Assembly: GCA_002269645.1 (NCBI GenBank)
Contig: NIVC01000396.1
Location: forward strand, 310,001 to 374,000
DNA from: Macrostomum lignano
Lineage: Eukaryota
DNA length: 64,000 nt
Direction: 5' to 3'
Positions 11,801-24,000 of the stretch are shown in pieces. The notes below the pieces were generated by a model that worked only from the letters and a program-made list of their open reading frames with translations, was not told the DNA's origin and made no database searches. The position numbers and the translations under genes were made by a program. Positions within the stretch are counted from its first letter, which is position 1. The number at the start of each line of letters is the position of its first letter.

Positions 11801-14661
11801 TCATGAAGTTTCGAACTTGTGAAGATCCGAGCTCATGAAGTTTCGAACTTGTGAAGATCCGAGCTCATGAAGATTCGAGCTCATGAAGTTTCGAACCTGT
11901 GAAGATCCGAGCTCATGAAGTTTCGAGCTCATGAAGTTTCGAACCTGTGAAGATCCGAGCTCATGAAGATTCGAGCTCATGAAGTTTCGAACTTGTGAAG
12001 ATCCGAGCTCATGAAGTTTCGAGCTTATGAAGTTTCGAACCTGTGAAGATCCGAGCTCATGAAGTTTCGAGCTCATGAAGTTTCGAACTTGTGAAGATCC
12101 GAGCTCATGAAGTTTCGAGCTTGTGAAGCTTCGCACTTGGGAAAGCGACCCTCCCTAGCTCCCATTCCAAAATCCTGGATCGCCACTGGTATTGATATGA
12201 AAGCAGCACTCACAGCCAACTGCAGGAACTGCCGCTGCTCAAGCCAAGATGACACTCCGTGCCGGAAATTGTCATTCTGCATAACGCTGTAGAAGTCCAA
12301 ATTGCTGTAGTGCACATAGTCCCACACACCGTTAAGGCCGTAGGTGTGCTCGGCAGCTTTAGCAATCCAGCGGCTGAACATGATCATGTCCGGCGACTCC
12401 AGCTGGCAGGCGCCGGCCGAGACGCAGGTGTCCAGGGCGCGGGCGATGGCGCGGTACCTGGCCATGCGATGGAAATCCGCCTGATCGCCCTGCAGCCAGG
12501 TGTCGCCATTCTCTTTAGTGAACACGGGCACCGAGTCTCTGTTAGCCAGCACTAGGGACCAGAATTTCTCCATAGTGGAAGCCGAGATGGCAGCGTTGGG
12601 GTACTGGCCGCGCAGCACCTCGTAGTTGGACAGCACCTGTTGTGCGTGTTGCGGCGTTGAACCAGTTCAGGTATAGAGATGCTTCTTAATTAGCATTGGT
12701 CACTTACAGCACTTGTACTACTGCTACAGTACCATACAGCACTTGCTACAGTATCCCACAGCACTTGCTACAGTACCATACAGCACTTGCTACAGTATCC
12801 CACAGCACTTGCTACAGTATCCTACAGCACTTGCTACAGTATCCCACAGCACTTGCTACGGTATCCTACAGCAATTCCTACAGACAGTACCATACAGCAC
12901 TTGCTACAGTATCCTACAGCATTTGCTACAGTACCATACAGCACTTGCTACAGTACCATACAGCACTTGCTACAGTATCCTACAGCAATTCCTACAGTAC
13001 CATACAGCACTTGCTACAGTATCCTACAGCACTTGCTACAGCATCCTACAGCACTTCCTACAGTATCATCCAGCACTTCATATTCATATTTATATTCAGT
13101 GGCAAATATAACACTTATACCACAATTAGAAGTGGGTCAAATATCGAAAAACAATGTTTTTAATGCTTTCAATATTTGAATTTTCAATTTGAATGCCCCC
13201 ATGAGGGCTTGATGCGCTAGTGCTTACTATTTCCAGTTTTAAAAATCAGATTAAGAACGCATTACCTCTTTATAGTCAACAGGCGGGCCGCTGTTGTCGC
13301 TGCGGAAGGCCCAGCACTGAATCTCAGTAGTGCCGGGGGCCTGCAGGCAGTTGCTGAAGTCCAGGCCGCCCGGGTGATTGGGGTCCGGGCCCGGATTGCC
13401 GGGATAGCCACCGGGGATTTTGTTATAAAAGATCTCGTTGCCGGTGTCAGGCGAACGCCAGCGAACGAATTTCAAGTCGGGACTGCCGAGATCAACGGAC
13501 GGGCAGGCCCAGTTGATGCCGTTGGTCACCGCCACTATGCCGTTTTTAGCCATCAGGTCGATGGCCGCCCGGGTCAGACCGGGCACGTCGCGTAGGGAGA
13601 CGGCGCTCAGCTTCCGCTTGATGCCGAACTTGGCGTCCAACCGCTTGGCGGAGTCCAGGCTGATCTGAGGGACCGGGGACAGGGGGCAGTGGTCTAGCCA
13701 GTGGTAGCCAAGTGTTCCAGCGCGGCGCTCTGATATGCCAGCGGCCCAGGCTCGATTCCAAGTGCAGTCACATTAATAATCCGGGGCTAAATTGGAATCG
13801 CAGTGAAGTGTACATGCCTAACAAATAAAGTCAGGGCCGCTGTACACTCCTGTGCGAGTGTGTGCCTGCTCAGGGGATTCGGCAAAGTGGGCAGTAATGC
13901 CTCTTGCTTAAAGTGCGCCAGGGTGTGTGTACACTGTCCCCCCCCCCCCCAACGCCCCAGCTGCAGAATATGCACACTCAAAGGAGCCGATCACGAGACA
14001 TGTACACACTCTGCGCCTTTGTGGGGTTGGCCCTCGTGGGCGTGAACTGTATGACAAGCTCACAAGTGAATTTTCGGTCAAGAAAAACCCTAATTTGATG
14101 TGGACCAGAGGCTGGAGTCGGACACTGCTAACATTTTAGCGCTACTCTGCCCACTGGCCTCACCTGCAGCAAGTTGGGGGTCAGGCAGGTCTCGTATTGC
14201 ACATTCATAGAGCCGGCGTGCCACTGGATGGCGCCCTCCTTGACAGCCTGGGCCACGTAGTCAACAGTGGCCTGCGACGGGCACTGGATTTTGATGCCCT
14301 GCAGCGACACATTCTGCGGACAGTCAAAGAACATCTCCAGCATCCAGGGATGCGCCAGGTAGGAGAAAGTTTCCAGATAGCCGAATTTGCGCAAATCCCG
14401 GCTGAAATTGGCGGCCCGTTCGAAATAAACGTTTAAATATGTGTTGATCACATTGGCCGAATAGCCAATTTCCGATGGCAGGCTGAAGCCAACGTCCAGG
14501 TGATTCATAAACATCAGGTGGACGCGGGTTATCTCTGGATGAGGCGTTGACACCTTCTGGCTAAAATAATTCGGCGCCTGATGCTGAATGATGGCGCTGA
14601 CGTCAGTGGCAGTCGCGGCCAGGACAGCAGCTAGACAGCACAGCAGCGCTGACTGGGACAT
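8821..14661 (-). CDS. Secreted DUF5054 / GH38-like glycoside hydrolase, ~775 aa, 6 exons: complement(join(8821..9126,10084..10344,10989..11429,12214..12636,13266..13664,14164..14661)); intact copy
   Basis: Signal-peptide-like N-terminus MSQSALLCCLAAVLAATATDVSA. Motifs VHLMFMNHLDVGF, RDVPGLTR, RSDNSGPP, SWLEQR, KTPTRLMEA and FNMLNNVWDVNFVFWYP are recognisable from DUF5054-type proteins. All five introns are GT-AG, phase 0, and give an uninterrupted frame. Confidence 0.85.
9360..10062. repeat. Intron-5 minisatellite (21-23-bp subunits and ~45-bp composite), left arm
   Basis: GATTTGACATG-containing units such as GGGATTAGAGAGAGATTTGACAT. Confidence 0.9.
10480..10890. repeat. Intron-4 24-bp minisatellite with 4-monomer higher-order pattern, left arm
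   Basis: GACTCCATAACAGGTCCC-type monomers; variants recur every fourth unit. Confidence 0.9.
11555..12130. repeat. Intron-3 palindrome-rich minisatellite, left arm
   Basis: Mixed 15-16-bp subunits built from TTCGAA, TCATGA and GAGCTC palindromes. Confidence 0.9.
12720..13075. repeat. Intron-2 22-bp minisatellite, ~16 copies, left arm
   Basis: Unit CATACAGCACTTGCTACAGTAC and variants. Confidence 0.92.
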
Positions 14662-15982
14662 TGCTGGCTGAAATAAATGGTTTGGTTTCAGTCGATTGTG
14701 CAGCTTCTTGGTCTGTGCATTTGTGGTGGAGTGCACTAACTGGCTATTTAATCTTATTGCAAAATTGGAAGGTTTTTGGTTGGCTGGCTACACCATAGAC
14801 AAGTTGTTGCTCAATCTATTGCAGTTAAGTCAAATCTGTGCTTTGCCTTATAGCACATTCATTACCTATAGACTGCTTTTATTGCAGTAAACAATGGGTA
14901 ATCGGCGATTCTCAGTCGATGCTACTGCGTTTGCCGTACGCCTTATTTTCCAAACCAAAAATCAATATTTTGCGATGCATGTGGCGAATGATTTCATGCT
15001 ACTTGCTTAGGCATGAACCATAATGCCTTCAAAAGAGCGCAGAGGCGCCGGCTCTCTTTTATTGTAAGCATTGTGCCTAAGAATTACCATGCTTTCGCAT
15101 CTTTATTAGCCCAATTTCCTTTTCTAACAGTACAGTAGAACTACATGTACTAAAGGGCGGGACAAGAGCTAAGTGGGTACAAAAGATTCAAGGAAAAGGT
15201 TACATTTTTTCTGTGAGCCTTTAAAAGGAATAGTAAATAGCCTTAAGTGTCATGTTATCAAAGATTCTGCTACATCGGGTTTTTTTCCATTAACGTTAAC
15301 GCATTTACTACGATGCGGCCTTCTGGCAAAACCTTTGATGAATATCTTGATACTCAGAAGATATAGCGACGTAATAATATCTTATTGAGAAATAAAATGG
15401 GAAACAAGTTGTTGCAGTGAAGTTCGGTAGTAAATTATTTTTAGTAGCTCAATTTCGCATTAGTATTTGGCATTTGCATTTACGTACATTTAAAGTTATG
15501 CAAAATACGCATTTACACTCAAACTTGAAATGATGGATAAAGGGTAATTAATTTTAAGACTAATATCAGCAGAAAGAATATAGACTATCTAAAATACGAG
15601 TAATCATATCTGGTTTATGCTTCCTGAATGTTAAAAGTAGGCAATAGTATGCAATTTAGTTACGGATGTAGACAACATAGGAAATGTATCAGGGCATTAG
15701 TTATTTGAGCATTTTGTGTTGTTTTTTGTATTTTTTCTCGATTTTTTACTTTGCGAGTTTTTGCAATAGAAAGTTTTAGGGGAGACCCCTTGAAAATTCC
15801 CGATTGACATTCAGATTCACATTCAAATTTTAACAAAGCCGCTGTAACTTTTCTTTACTTAAACGAAACGCTTTAAAATTTTACAAAAACTTTTGACGCA
15901 ATCAAGAAAAAAACCACGTAAAATATCTCGGCATTTTAAAATAGACTGTACAAATTATTCACATTTAAAGGGTGCGTTCGAG

Positions 15983-17103
15983 ACTGACATGTCCGTAGCC
16001 GCCTTCCAGCCGCACCGAAATTTTAAATGAGTGCCCCAGGTGTAATTTTTATAAAAATGAATCACATATGCTCTTAATTGATTACCCCAAAACATGTTTC
16101 GCATGGTTGATGCTGTTTCTATGAAAATCTGGCAGTGAAAGTTGGCTTTAGGGCGGCTGAAGGGCGGCTGGAAGGGGGCTAGAGAATTGCTCTGTATTGG
16201 CGCAGTATAATTGTGCCCCAAATGGAAAAAAAATTAGATGCAAGTCTTATCTTTAATATGCACAATAAACTTTGGTTCATTGGCTTTTATTTCTTAGAGT
16301 AGTGTGACCTTTAGTTTGAAATTCAGCATTCCAATAGGTAAAAGCGTGCCCCAACCATTTTCTTGACTAGCGGCTAATGCCCCAATGCGGTAAAAAGAAG
16401 CAGGGTCAAAATTTTACTGTATAAGTAAATTTCTGTACATGCCCCACAATTTCCAACTGAGTGGCGAAGTGAAATAACTTGATTGTCACTCAGACACCAG
16501 TCATTACGACTTACAGTCGAGATTACGACTTTGCAATCGTAAAAAATTAAATTCTAACTTGTTGCAAAGTGCTTGTCTACTAATAGACTAATGGACCAAT
16601 TCATAAATTACTATCAATGTGACAATGCCCATGTTGATGGATATGTAATTGTATGTGTCCTTTAGAAATATTAAAAACTGGCATGACAATTGTCACTTTA
16701 AGATTGTAATCAAATCACTCAATATATTCTATAATCTATATATATGTCTATGTATATTAACACTCAGTAACACTAATATTTCAAACAATAATAGCTAGCT
16801 ATGGCTATACATACAGAATTCTACATATGCACCTTCTTATGAATTATGTCATGTATGACTCAAATTTATTCAGAATATGATGCATGCAACTAGAGGAGCT
16901 TTATATTAAATCCAACTTTATTGTCACTTTTCTATACAATTAACAAAGTAATAATAATACTAGGCCTAATAGCTAGACTAGCTATTGATATTTAAAAATA
17001 CAAAATTCTAGTAGCTAGGGCCTATTTACAATCTATTTTCTATTTTCTATTTCTGTTTCTATTCTATTTACAAGTTAGGCCTTACAAGCTAAATATTACC
17101 ATT
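15983..17103 (+). repeat. Left 1121-bp TIR of the Foldback/NOF-like element
   Basis: Reverse complement of 26163-27283; homology ends at AAATATTACCATT. Confidence 0.93.
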
Positions 17104-17113
17104 TCTTGTCTTG

Positions 17114-18398
17114 TTTCTTGTCAATATCTGCTACTTCCACTCATGTCCTTTCATATATGAGTAATGTATATCATATAAACATGATAATTCATGTTTTTTA
17201 TGTTTCTTGTCAATATCTGCTACTTCCACTTATGTCCTTTCATATCTGAGTAATGTATATCATATAAACATGATAATTCATGTTTTTCATGTTTCTTGTA
17301 AATATCTGCTACTTCCACTCATGTCCTTTCATATCTGAGTAATGTATATCATATAAACATGATAATTCATGTTTTTCATGTTTCTTGTCAATATCTGCTA
17401 CTTCCACTCATGTCCTTTCATATCTGAGTAATGTATATCATATAAACATGATAATTCATGTTTTTCATGTTTCTTGTCAATATCTGCTACTTCCACTCAT
17501 GTCCTTTCATATCTGAGTAATGTATATCATATAAACATGATAATTCATGTTTTTCATGTTTCTTGTCAATATCTGCTACTTCCACTCATGTCCTTTCATA
17601 TCTGAGTAATGTATATCATATAAACATGATAATTCATGTTTTTCATGTTTCTTGTCAATATCTGCTACTTCCACTCATGTCCTTTCATATCTGAGTAATG
17701 TATATCATATAAACATGATAATTCATGTTTTTCATGTTTCTTGTCAATATCTGCTACTTCCACTCATGTCCTTTCATATCTGAGTAATGTATATCATATA
17801 AACATGATAATTCATGTTTTTCATGTTTCTTGTCAATATCTGCTACTTCCACTCATGTCCTTTCATATCTGAGTAATGTATATCATATAAACATGATAAT
17901 TCATGTTTTTCATGTTTCTTGTCAATATCTGCTACTTCCACTCATGTCCTTTCATATCTGAGTAATGTATATCATATAAACATGATAATTCATGTTTTTC
18001 ATGTTTCTTGTCAATATCTGCTACTTCCACTCATGTCCTTTCATATCTGAGTAATGTATATCATATAAACATGATAATTCATGTTTTTCATGTTTCTTGT
18101 CAATATCTGCTACTTCCACTCATGTCCTTTCATATCTGAGTAATGTATATCATATAAACATGATAATTCATGTTTTTCATGTTTCTTGTCAATATCTGCT
18201 ACTTCCACTCATGTCCTTTCATATCTGAGTAATGTATATCATATAAACATGATAATTCATGTTTTTCATGTTTCTTGTCAATATCTGCTACTTCCACTCA
18301 TGTCCTTTCATATCTGAGTAATTTATATCATATAAACATGATAATTCATGTTTTTCATGTTTCTTGTCAATATCTGCTACTTCCACTCATGTCCTTTC
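17114..18398. repeat. 89-bp tandem array, ~14 copies, inner left end of the element
   Basis: Period measured from AATGTATATC at 17341 and 17430; copies nearly identical. Confidence 0.95.
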
Positions 18399-18628
18399 TT
18401 ATATGAGTAGTAATTCATGGTTTTCCTGTTTTTCTTATCTTCAATGCTAGGATTCACTTAACCAAGTCCAGTATTTGCTTAGTAGAGTTTGTTTAAGTAA
18501 GAAAAAGTGAAGTAAATGTGACTGTACACTTGTCTTTTATGTCACTATGTTTCTGTCAACGCTTTGAAGTTAGTTTCGATGTTATGGAAGCATGTTTTTG
18601 CATGTAATAAAAGTTATATAATTCATTC

Positions 18629-19795
18629 ATGGCTTTCATTAACGATCCTTTTTCGGTCTTTGAGCCAAAAGGAGAACTGCCCTTACCCTTTCCGGACAAG
18701 GAAGTGGTCGTCGGCATCAGACTAACAGCGACTTGTGTTCGTGTAGCTGCTCAGATCCTAAACATTCCACTGTCCGGTTCTCTGCTTCGAAGGGCTCCTG
18801 GAACGAATGTCAATTATATTTCGGAAAATGGTTTAGCTCTGGCCTACCGTGATGGTGTAGCAATTTTTCGACATAGAAAAAAATCATCGAATTGTCACCA
18901 AGACCATTCCAAGCGAGCGAAAGCGGCTGCTGCCGGAAATGAGTGGTTGAAACATAATGGTTGGAAGTTGGAAGAAGAGAGTTCGCAGCTTTCAGCTGTG
19001 ATTGCAAAGCAGCATGTAACAAAGGCACTTGATCATCTGGAGTTGGCTGTATCCGTAGCTCCTGATGAAATACGTAGTATAATTCAAATATCTGTTGCAT
19101 GTGTGCATCAGGTAAAAAACGTGATTGATTCTACTCAATTGTCTACTGCGAGGGGAGCAGAATTTGAGCAGGGAGAGTCAGAAGTGGAAAAGCAGCGAGA
19201 ACTGGAGAAGCAGCAAGAGCTGGAGAAGCAGCGAGAACTGGAGAAGCAGCGAGAACTAGAGAAGCAGCAAGAGCAGGAGAAGCAGCAAGAGCTGGAGAAG
19301 CAGCAAGAGCTGGAGAAGCAGCGAGAACTAGAGAAGCAGCAAGAGCAGGAGAAGCAGCAAGAGCTGGAGAAGCAGCGAGAACTGGAGAAGCAGCAAGAGC
19401 TGGAGAAGCAGCGAGAACTGGAGAAGCAGCGAGAACTGGAGAAGCAGCGAGAACTAGAGAAGCAGCAAGAGCAGGAGAAGCAGCAAGAGCTGGAGAAGCA
19501 GCAAGAGCTGGAGAAGCAGCGAGAACTAGAGAAGCAGCAAGAGCAGGAGAAGCAGCAAGAGCTGGAGAAGCAGCGAGAACTGGAGAAGCAGCAAGAGCTG
19601 GAGAAGCAGCGAGAACTGGAGAAGCAGCGAGAACTGGAGAAGCAGCGAGAGCTGGAGAAGCAGCGAGAGCAATTATCTTTATCGAGAAAGCGATCGGCAA
19701 AATTTGTGAACACTGACAAGAAAGACGGAAATACGACAGCCAAAATAAGTCGCACAAGTAGGCCTTTGCGCCCAAGACATAAGTTTATCAACTAA
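18629..19795 (+). CDS. Cargo/accessory ORF of the Foldback/NOF element, 388 aa, with 27 x EKQ(R/Q)E(L/Q) repeat
   Basis: ATG-initiated open frame with ~185 non-repetitive N-terminal residues, an 18-bp repeat (~19186-19670) and a basic C-terminal tail; convergent with the transposase. No family recognised. Confidence 0.6.
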   Translation: MAFINDPFSVFEPKGELPLPFPDKEVVVGIRLTATCVRVAAQILNIPLSGSLLRRAPGTNVNYISENGLALAYRDGVAIFRHRKKSSNCHQDHSKRAKAAAAGNEWLKHNGWKLEEESSQLSAVIAKQHVTKALDHLELAVSVAPDEIRSIIQISVACVHQVKNVIDSTQLSTARGAEFEQGESEVEKQRELEKQQELEKQRELEKQRELEKQQEQEKQQELEKQQELEKQRELEKQQEQEKQQELEKQRELEKQQELEKQRELEKQRELEKQRELEKQQEQEKQQELEKQQELEKQRELEKQQEQEKQQELEKQRELEKQQELEKQRELEKQRELEKQRELEKQREQLSLSRKRSAKFVNTDKKDGNTTAKISRTSRPLRPRHKFIN

Positions 19796-21055
19796 ACTTA
19801 TGTTGCGAATTGCAGGGACGAGAATAATTTGATGATTTTTGCTCACCATATGAATGCGCTTTTGTGCAATCGAAACTTGTGAATATAACTCAATAGCTTA
19901 AATTGACACCTGTCAATTAAGGGGTGTACTCCTTATGCTTCATGTTTATAAGTACGAGTTGCCATACGATCATCTTACGCAGGAGATAGCGGACCCCTGA
20001 TACCAATAGTACTACACTTTTTTATTTAGCTTTCGCTTTGATGTGCTTTTGCATTGTCATTACACATAACTTCACTCATATACGAGCCTACGTTTGACAA
20101 CTTGATCGTAAGGTGAAACGTTTAACCGTGTGAGCTCTCCATTAATATATTCTATTCAGCTTCTATTTTACTTATTATCCTGCAAAAAAGTGCTCACTCT
20201 TCAGTTCAAAAACTACTTCCCTTCAGCATTTGAAAAGTTAGTAGCATGATCAATTCGTAAACTTTTCTTTTCAGTTTTCGCCATATCAGTCAGTTATCAA
20301 TTATACTAATACAGTACTCGTATACTATGTTTATGACGACTGACAAAACGAATAAACAAGTCGGACCGTCAAAATCTGATTGAAAAATATTCAGAACCGG
20401 AACTTGAAATTCGTAAACAGTTCTTTATATATTTACTTTGTGGATAAACAAATTTAGGCTACGAAAAAAGATGGCTTATGCATTTGAGGCCCGATGGTAA
20501 GTTCAATAATAATCAACACCTTGGGCATACAAGGTAAAACAAAACATACAAGGCGAACGAGCGTACTACGTTGCTATTTAATAAAAAAGATTGTCAAATC
20601 AGGCGCTATCAAGCACAATAAAGCCTTCCTACTAGGCCTATCCTAAGAAGTCATGCCAACGGATTCATAGTCAGTTAAAATGTTAATCGATTAATGTGCA
20701 GAATGTTTCGTGTGCACCCTGACTAATCAATCCTGTTTATAAGAGATTTTAAAAATCTTGTAGGAACCGATGATCTAGTGGCAACGACAAACTACTTAAC
20801 AAAACAATAACTGGATTAGTAGGATTAGTAGCAGCAAAAATTATGATACACATGTGGGTCATTTATATAGAAAAGAAAGTAAAAGCAGTGATGTGACAAA
20901 AAGAATGAAAAAAGGCGCTGAGACAAAGACATTTTGCCATTCAAGCAGGGTGCGGCGGGAAGACGCCTTCATGTGGGTGCGTGGTATGACATCAGACATG
21001 AGTAGGCACTGGTAAAGCGAAAACCCGTAGCTTATCCAAGCACTAGCGAACATAG

Positions 21056-24000
21056 TTAAAACAAAGCGTACATCGCCAGGTTTAGGCGACCTACATTTCG
21101 TTGCCGTCGCAGCGCACCACTGGTAGTCCCGAGGTCGTCGTAGTTTAGGACGCTACCGTCGTCAGAATGTATAGTTGCTAACCAGTGCGCACGCTCTGCT
21201 TGAAAGTATGTCGAGCAGAACAGTCTGTATCTGAAAAATATTTAGTTGTACATAACATAATGATACATTTAATTTAATAAACAAGTTACTTATTGAACAA
21301 AAATGAGTGTCTATTTCTAGTAAAGTCAATATCTAGAACTGCAAATGTGTTCTCCGTCTGACAGCATAAAAATTGTACTCGTAGCTTGTTGATCGATAAG
21401 TAAAATAATATTGATCGACAGTGTATATAACAACTACTAGTACTTGACACTTCCTTTTTCGGGTCCAGCACAGCAGCCCTGCATTAGCTAGCTAACACAA
21501 GTAATCAGACGATAGTAGAGTACATATATAGAGTGCAAGAACTCACCGAGCAGGGCTGTTCCGAAAGGGAGTTACCTCTCGTTCTCCCAATGAGACTCGA
21601 ACAGTTCTATCGACAGAGTCGGGTACAGCAACAACAAGCAGCGGAGGCAATTCTGAGGAGTACGTCGGTGGCAATACATCTCGCAAACTGTTGCAGTGGC
21701 AGCATTCGCGAACGCCAGACTCACGGAAAACAGTGCAGATAAAGCTGTAGGGTGACTCGATTGGCCCTTCCTCGTGTTGGATTACAAGCCCAGAAAAAAA
21801 TGATTCCAGTTGTCGATGGCGGCAGGCATCGTTGCGGCAGATGCTTTTTATCAGGAATAAATGGCTATTTCCAAGTAACTCCAGAACTATGTCCAGTTCG
21901 CTGCTTTCGAGATTTCCGTCAACGATGCTGCTACCGTTTCGCCGCCAACGCAGAAAGCCTTTGCGCCAGAATGACTCTGTTTGTACTATCAGTGTAGCAC
22001 GGGCATGCATGGCTTCTTGATCGGTGCGGCTAGCGGTAGCTTCTCTGCAGTACCGGCCTAGCCGATGAAGCTCTTGAAGTCGAGACGCCAAAATGGCTTC
22101 ACGGAATGTCTCGCGATCTCTATATGCAAATGCAATACCAGTGAGGAACCCATCAACAGTACAAGTGTTGTGCAGCATTACTGTTACGAGTTTCCCATTA
22201 AAAGGTACACTGGTCGAGCGGCCACCATTTTTTAGAAGAGTAAATTGTTCCTGGGCATGATTTGTTAGGTCTCGAAGGAGAACACGCGTCGTAGCTGCAG
22301 TGTAGCGTCCTGAAGTGACCCTTCGTTTTTTATTAACTACCTCGGAGCTCAGCGAAGTTTCTTCAGTCGCTTCGTGGTCATTTAGCATTGATGTTAAAGG
22401 GTTCCTGAAAGAACGGGAGCCCTGTAAGTTAGAAATACGAGCATCGCCATCAATTTCAGGCTGATCGGGGTGACTGGAACTGGAGTTCTCTAACTGCTCG
22501 TCGGCGTGACTGGAAGTCTCTGGCTGCTCAGAGTGACTGGAACTGGAGTTCTCTAACTGCTCGTCGGCGTGACTGGAAGTCTCTGGCTGCTCAGAGTGAC
22601 TGGAACTGGAGTTCTCTGACTGCTCGTCGGCGGTGTGACCGGAAGTCTCTGGCTGCTCAGAGTGACTGGAACTGGAGTTCTCTGACTGCTCGTCGGCGGT
22701 GTGACTGGAAGTCTCTGGAAGTTCCATAAAGATCCGATGCAACCCCTGCAGGAGCCGACTTTGGTTAGCCAAGAAGTTCCTCATGGAGCTGTCCCGACCT
22801 CCGTGAAGCAGGTTTTTAACGATATTCATCCAGAGCTCCGTGTGGCCTTCCGTGAATCCCTGAGCGTCACGAGAAACACTTTTGAATGCACCGCTATTGG
22901 ACGCAGCATATCTCACGGGATCCAGCATGATACCGCACCAAAGTGGCAGGTATGGCATCACAACATTGGTAAGTTTACCAGCGAGACTGGGGCAGAAGTA
23001 AGGATTCGGATCTGGCGTCAGTTCACTCTCACTTTGAACAACTTGTGCTTCGGCACTAGCTTTCACCTCATTGTGCAATGCATCCGCTAGATGGAAGAAT
23101 GGCGAAGCTCTCTTCAATGTCGTATCCGGCATTACGTACTCGTACATGAAACTTTCGGGTGGAACGAAAACTCCGTCTCCAAGTTGATCTGCAGCGGCTG
23201 CGTGCAGAAGAGCGAGTGACGAGTCGACACTCCTCCGAGATGGGCAAAGCAGAAGCCGTAGAAAGCTTTTGTACACTTGCTGTACCTGGTGCAAGTGGTG
23301 CATCGTAGCAAGGCACCGAAGAAATGCTTCCAACCATTCCTGGCTTCCGGATTCCTGCAATTCGCCACATCAGGCCAATCACAAAACTCGCGCATGATAT
23401 GGCTCCGGCCGAAGCCGATCAACGTAAATTTCTGCAGTTCTTGATAGCTTAATTTAAACGATAGAACGGCATAGCAGTGCCGCAGAAAAGGAATGATTTC
23501 CATGCCGTGAATGCCCATAAGGAGAGCCCGCAAAGTAGGCAAATTAAAATCAAGGGTGACCTGAGCCACGCGAAGATTTTTTACTGATAATCTTGCTGCC
23601 GTGATCCAGGAGTCAAATACAAACTTTAAAGTTGTTCCCGTCTGCGAAGACGATAAAAGTTCCATACGACCATAACGGCAACGGGTTGCGCTCCAGTTTG
23701 AGGATGACGCAGTACCACAGCGTGGTAGTAAACATCCTTCTGCTGACTGTCTTTGGGTTTTGAAATAGGCGCTCCGGTTGAATCCATGCCCAGTACGATT
23801 GGCTCACCGTTCGCTTGCATCGAACGCAACACTTCAAAAGCACTGTTCAACCAGAGAGGCACGAATTGGGGTTCCGATGCGCCAAATTGCACACAGACAT
23901 TCCTTGCGTAAGCAGGTTGCATGCTTTGTCCTTGAATAATAAGATCCAGCAGAGTATCAGACGACTGCCGGTCCTGATGTCGTTGCCTACTCGCAGCAAT

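Larger units (their letters stand above)
5995..14901. repeat. Left arm of large inverted segmental duplication (extends further left if the partner continues beyond the window)
   Basis: Reverse complement matches 54036-64000 gene for gene and intron for intron; homology stops at ...AAACAATGGGTAA (14901), and 5995 pairs with the window end. Confidence 0.95.

Noticed and set aside
15955-16221. Identical ORFs MGHNYTAP... at 15955 (-) and 27045 (+)
   Set aside because: They are the two TIRs read outward and run across the element boundary; no coding signature.
17114-18398. Regular arrays (89, 40, 26, 73, 178 bp) as possible CRISPR arrays
   Set aside because: No unique spacers between repeats, no cas genes, and the context is eukaryotic.
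19135-19791. Antisense ORFs with CFSSSR and LAASPA repeats
   Set aside because: Reverse readings of the 18-bp EKQREL repeat; the plus frame has the ATG and the non-repetitive flanks.
23290-23670. Programmed ribosomal frameshifting in the NOF-like gene
   Set aside because: No X XXY YYZ slippery heptamer at either site; simple deletions explain both.
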